A stretch of DNA of 64,000 bases from Bigelowiella natans CCMP2755. Taxonomy: Eukaryota; Protista; Cercozoa. Positions 63,864-64,000 of this stretch are shown here, in pieces. A program made the translations under genes and the position numbers. Positions within the stretch are counted from its first letter, which is position 1, and each line of letters begins with the position of its first letter. The stretch covers positions 1 through 64,000 of the forward strand of contig ADNK01002537.1 of assembly GCA_000320545.1 (NCBI GenBank), read 5' to 3'. The notes beneath the pieces were generated by a model. That model was not told where the DNA came from and did not search any database. It saw nothing but the letters and a program-made list of their open reading frames with translations.

Positions 63864-64000
63864 GGATTTCAGTTGTTGGAACACGCACCATAACTGCGAT
63901 ACGCTTTAATTCTGATGTCACTGTATATGTCGATATTGTGGAGACTGCTCTTTTACTCTTTGTCTCACATACTCGATCACGCTGGCTATTGCATTGCTTA

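Overview
Intron-rich (GT-AG) eukaryotic nuclear DNA from a protist. Gene style and content suggest a chlorarachniophyte-like alga, but that is inference only. Splicing exons by hand gives about 12 gene models: the 5' part of an IRE1/PERK-type ER stress sensor (-), a secreted kelch propeller (+), a secreted His-rich/PT-repeat gene or pseudogene (+), a SHAQKYF MYB of the RVE/CCA1 type (-), asparaginyl-tRNA synthetase (+), an ankyrin-repeat protein (+), a CHD6-9-type chromatin remodeller (+), an FG-GAP/Cys-rich multipass membrane protein (+), a two-EF-hand protein (-), an HTTM-domain protein (+) with a possible C-terminal Cys module, and a hypothetical protein (+). The most striking signal is non-genic. 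Six islands (~8.3-12.0, 24.7-27.4, 29.6-30.45, 41.0-41.4, 46.0-47.1 and 60.8-61.75 kb) have almost lost the TpA dinucleotide, except in CTAG, while CpG is retained. Duplicated sequences in or beside the islands differ by TA->TG and TA->CA, and a LINE remnant inside one island has no tyrosines. This looks like a repeat-associated A->G/T->C hypermutation system, a 'reverse RIP'. Exon boundaries and all counts were made by eye.
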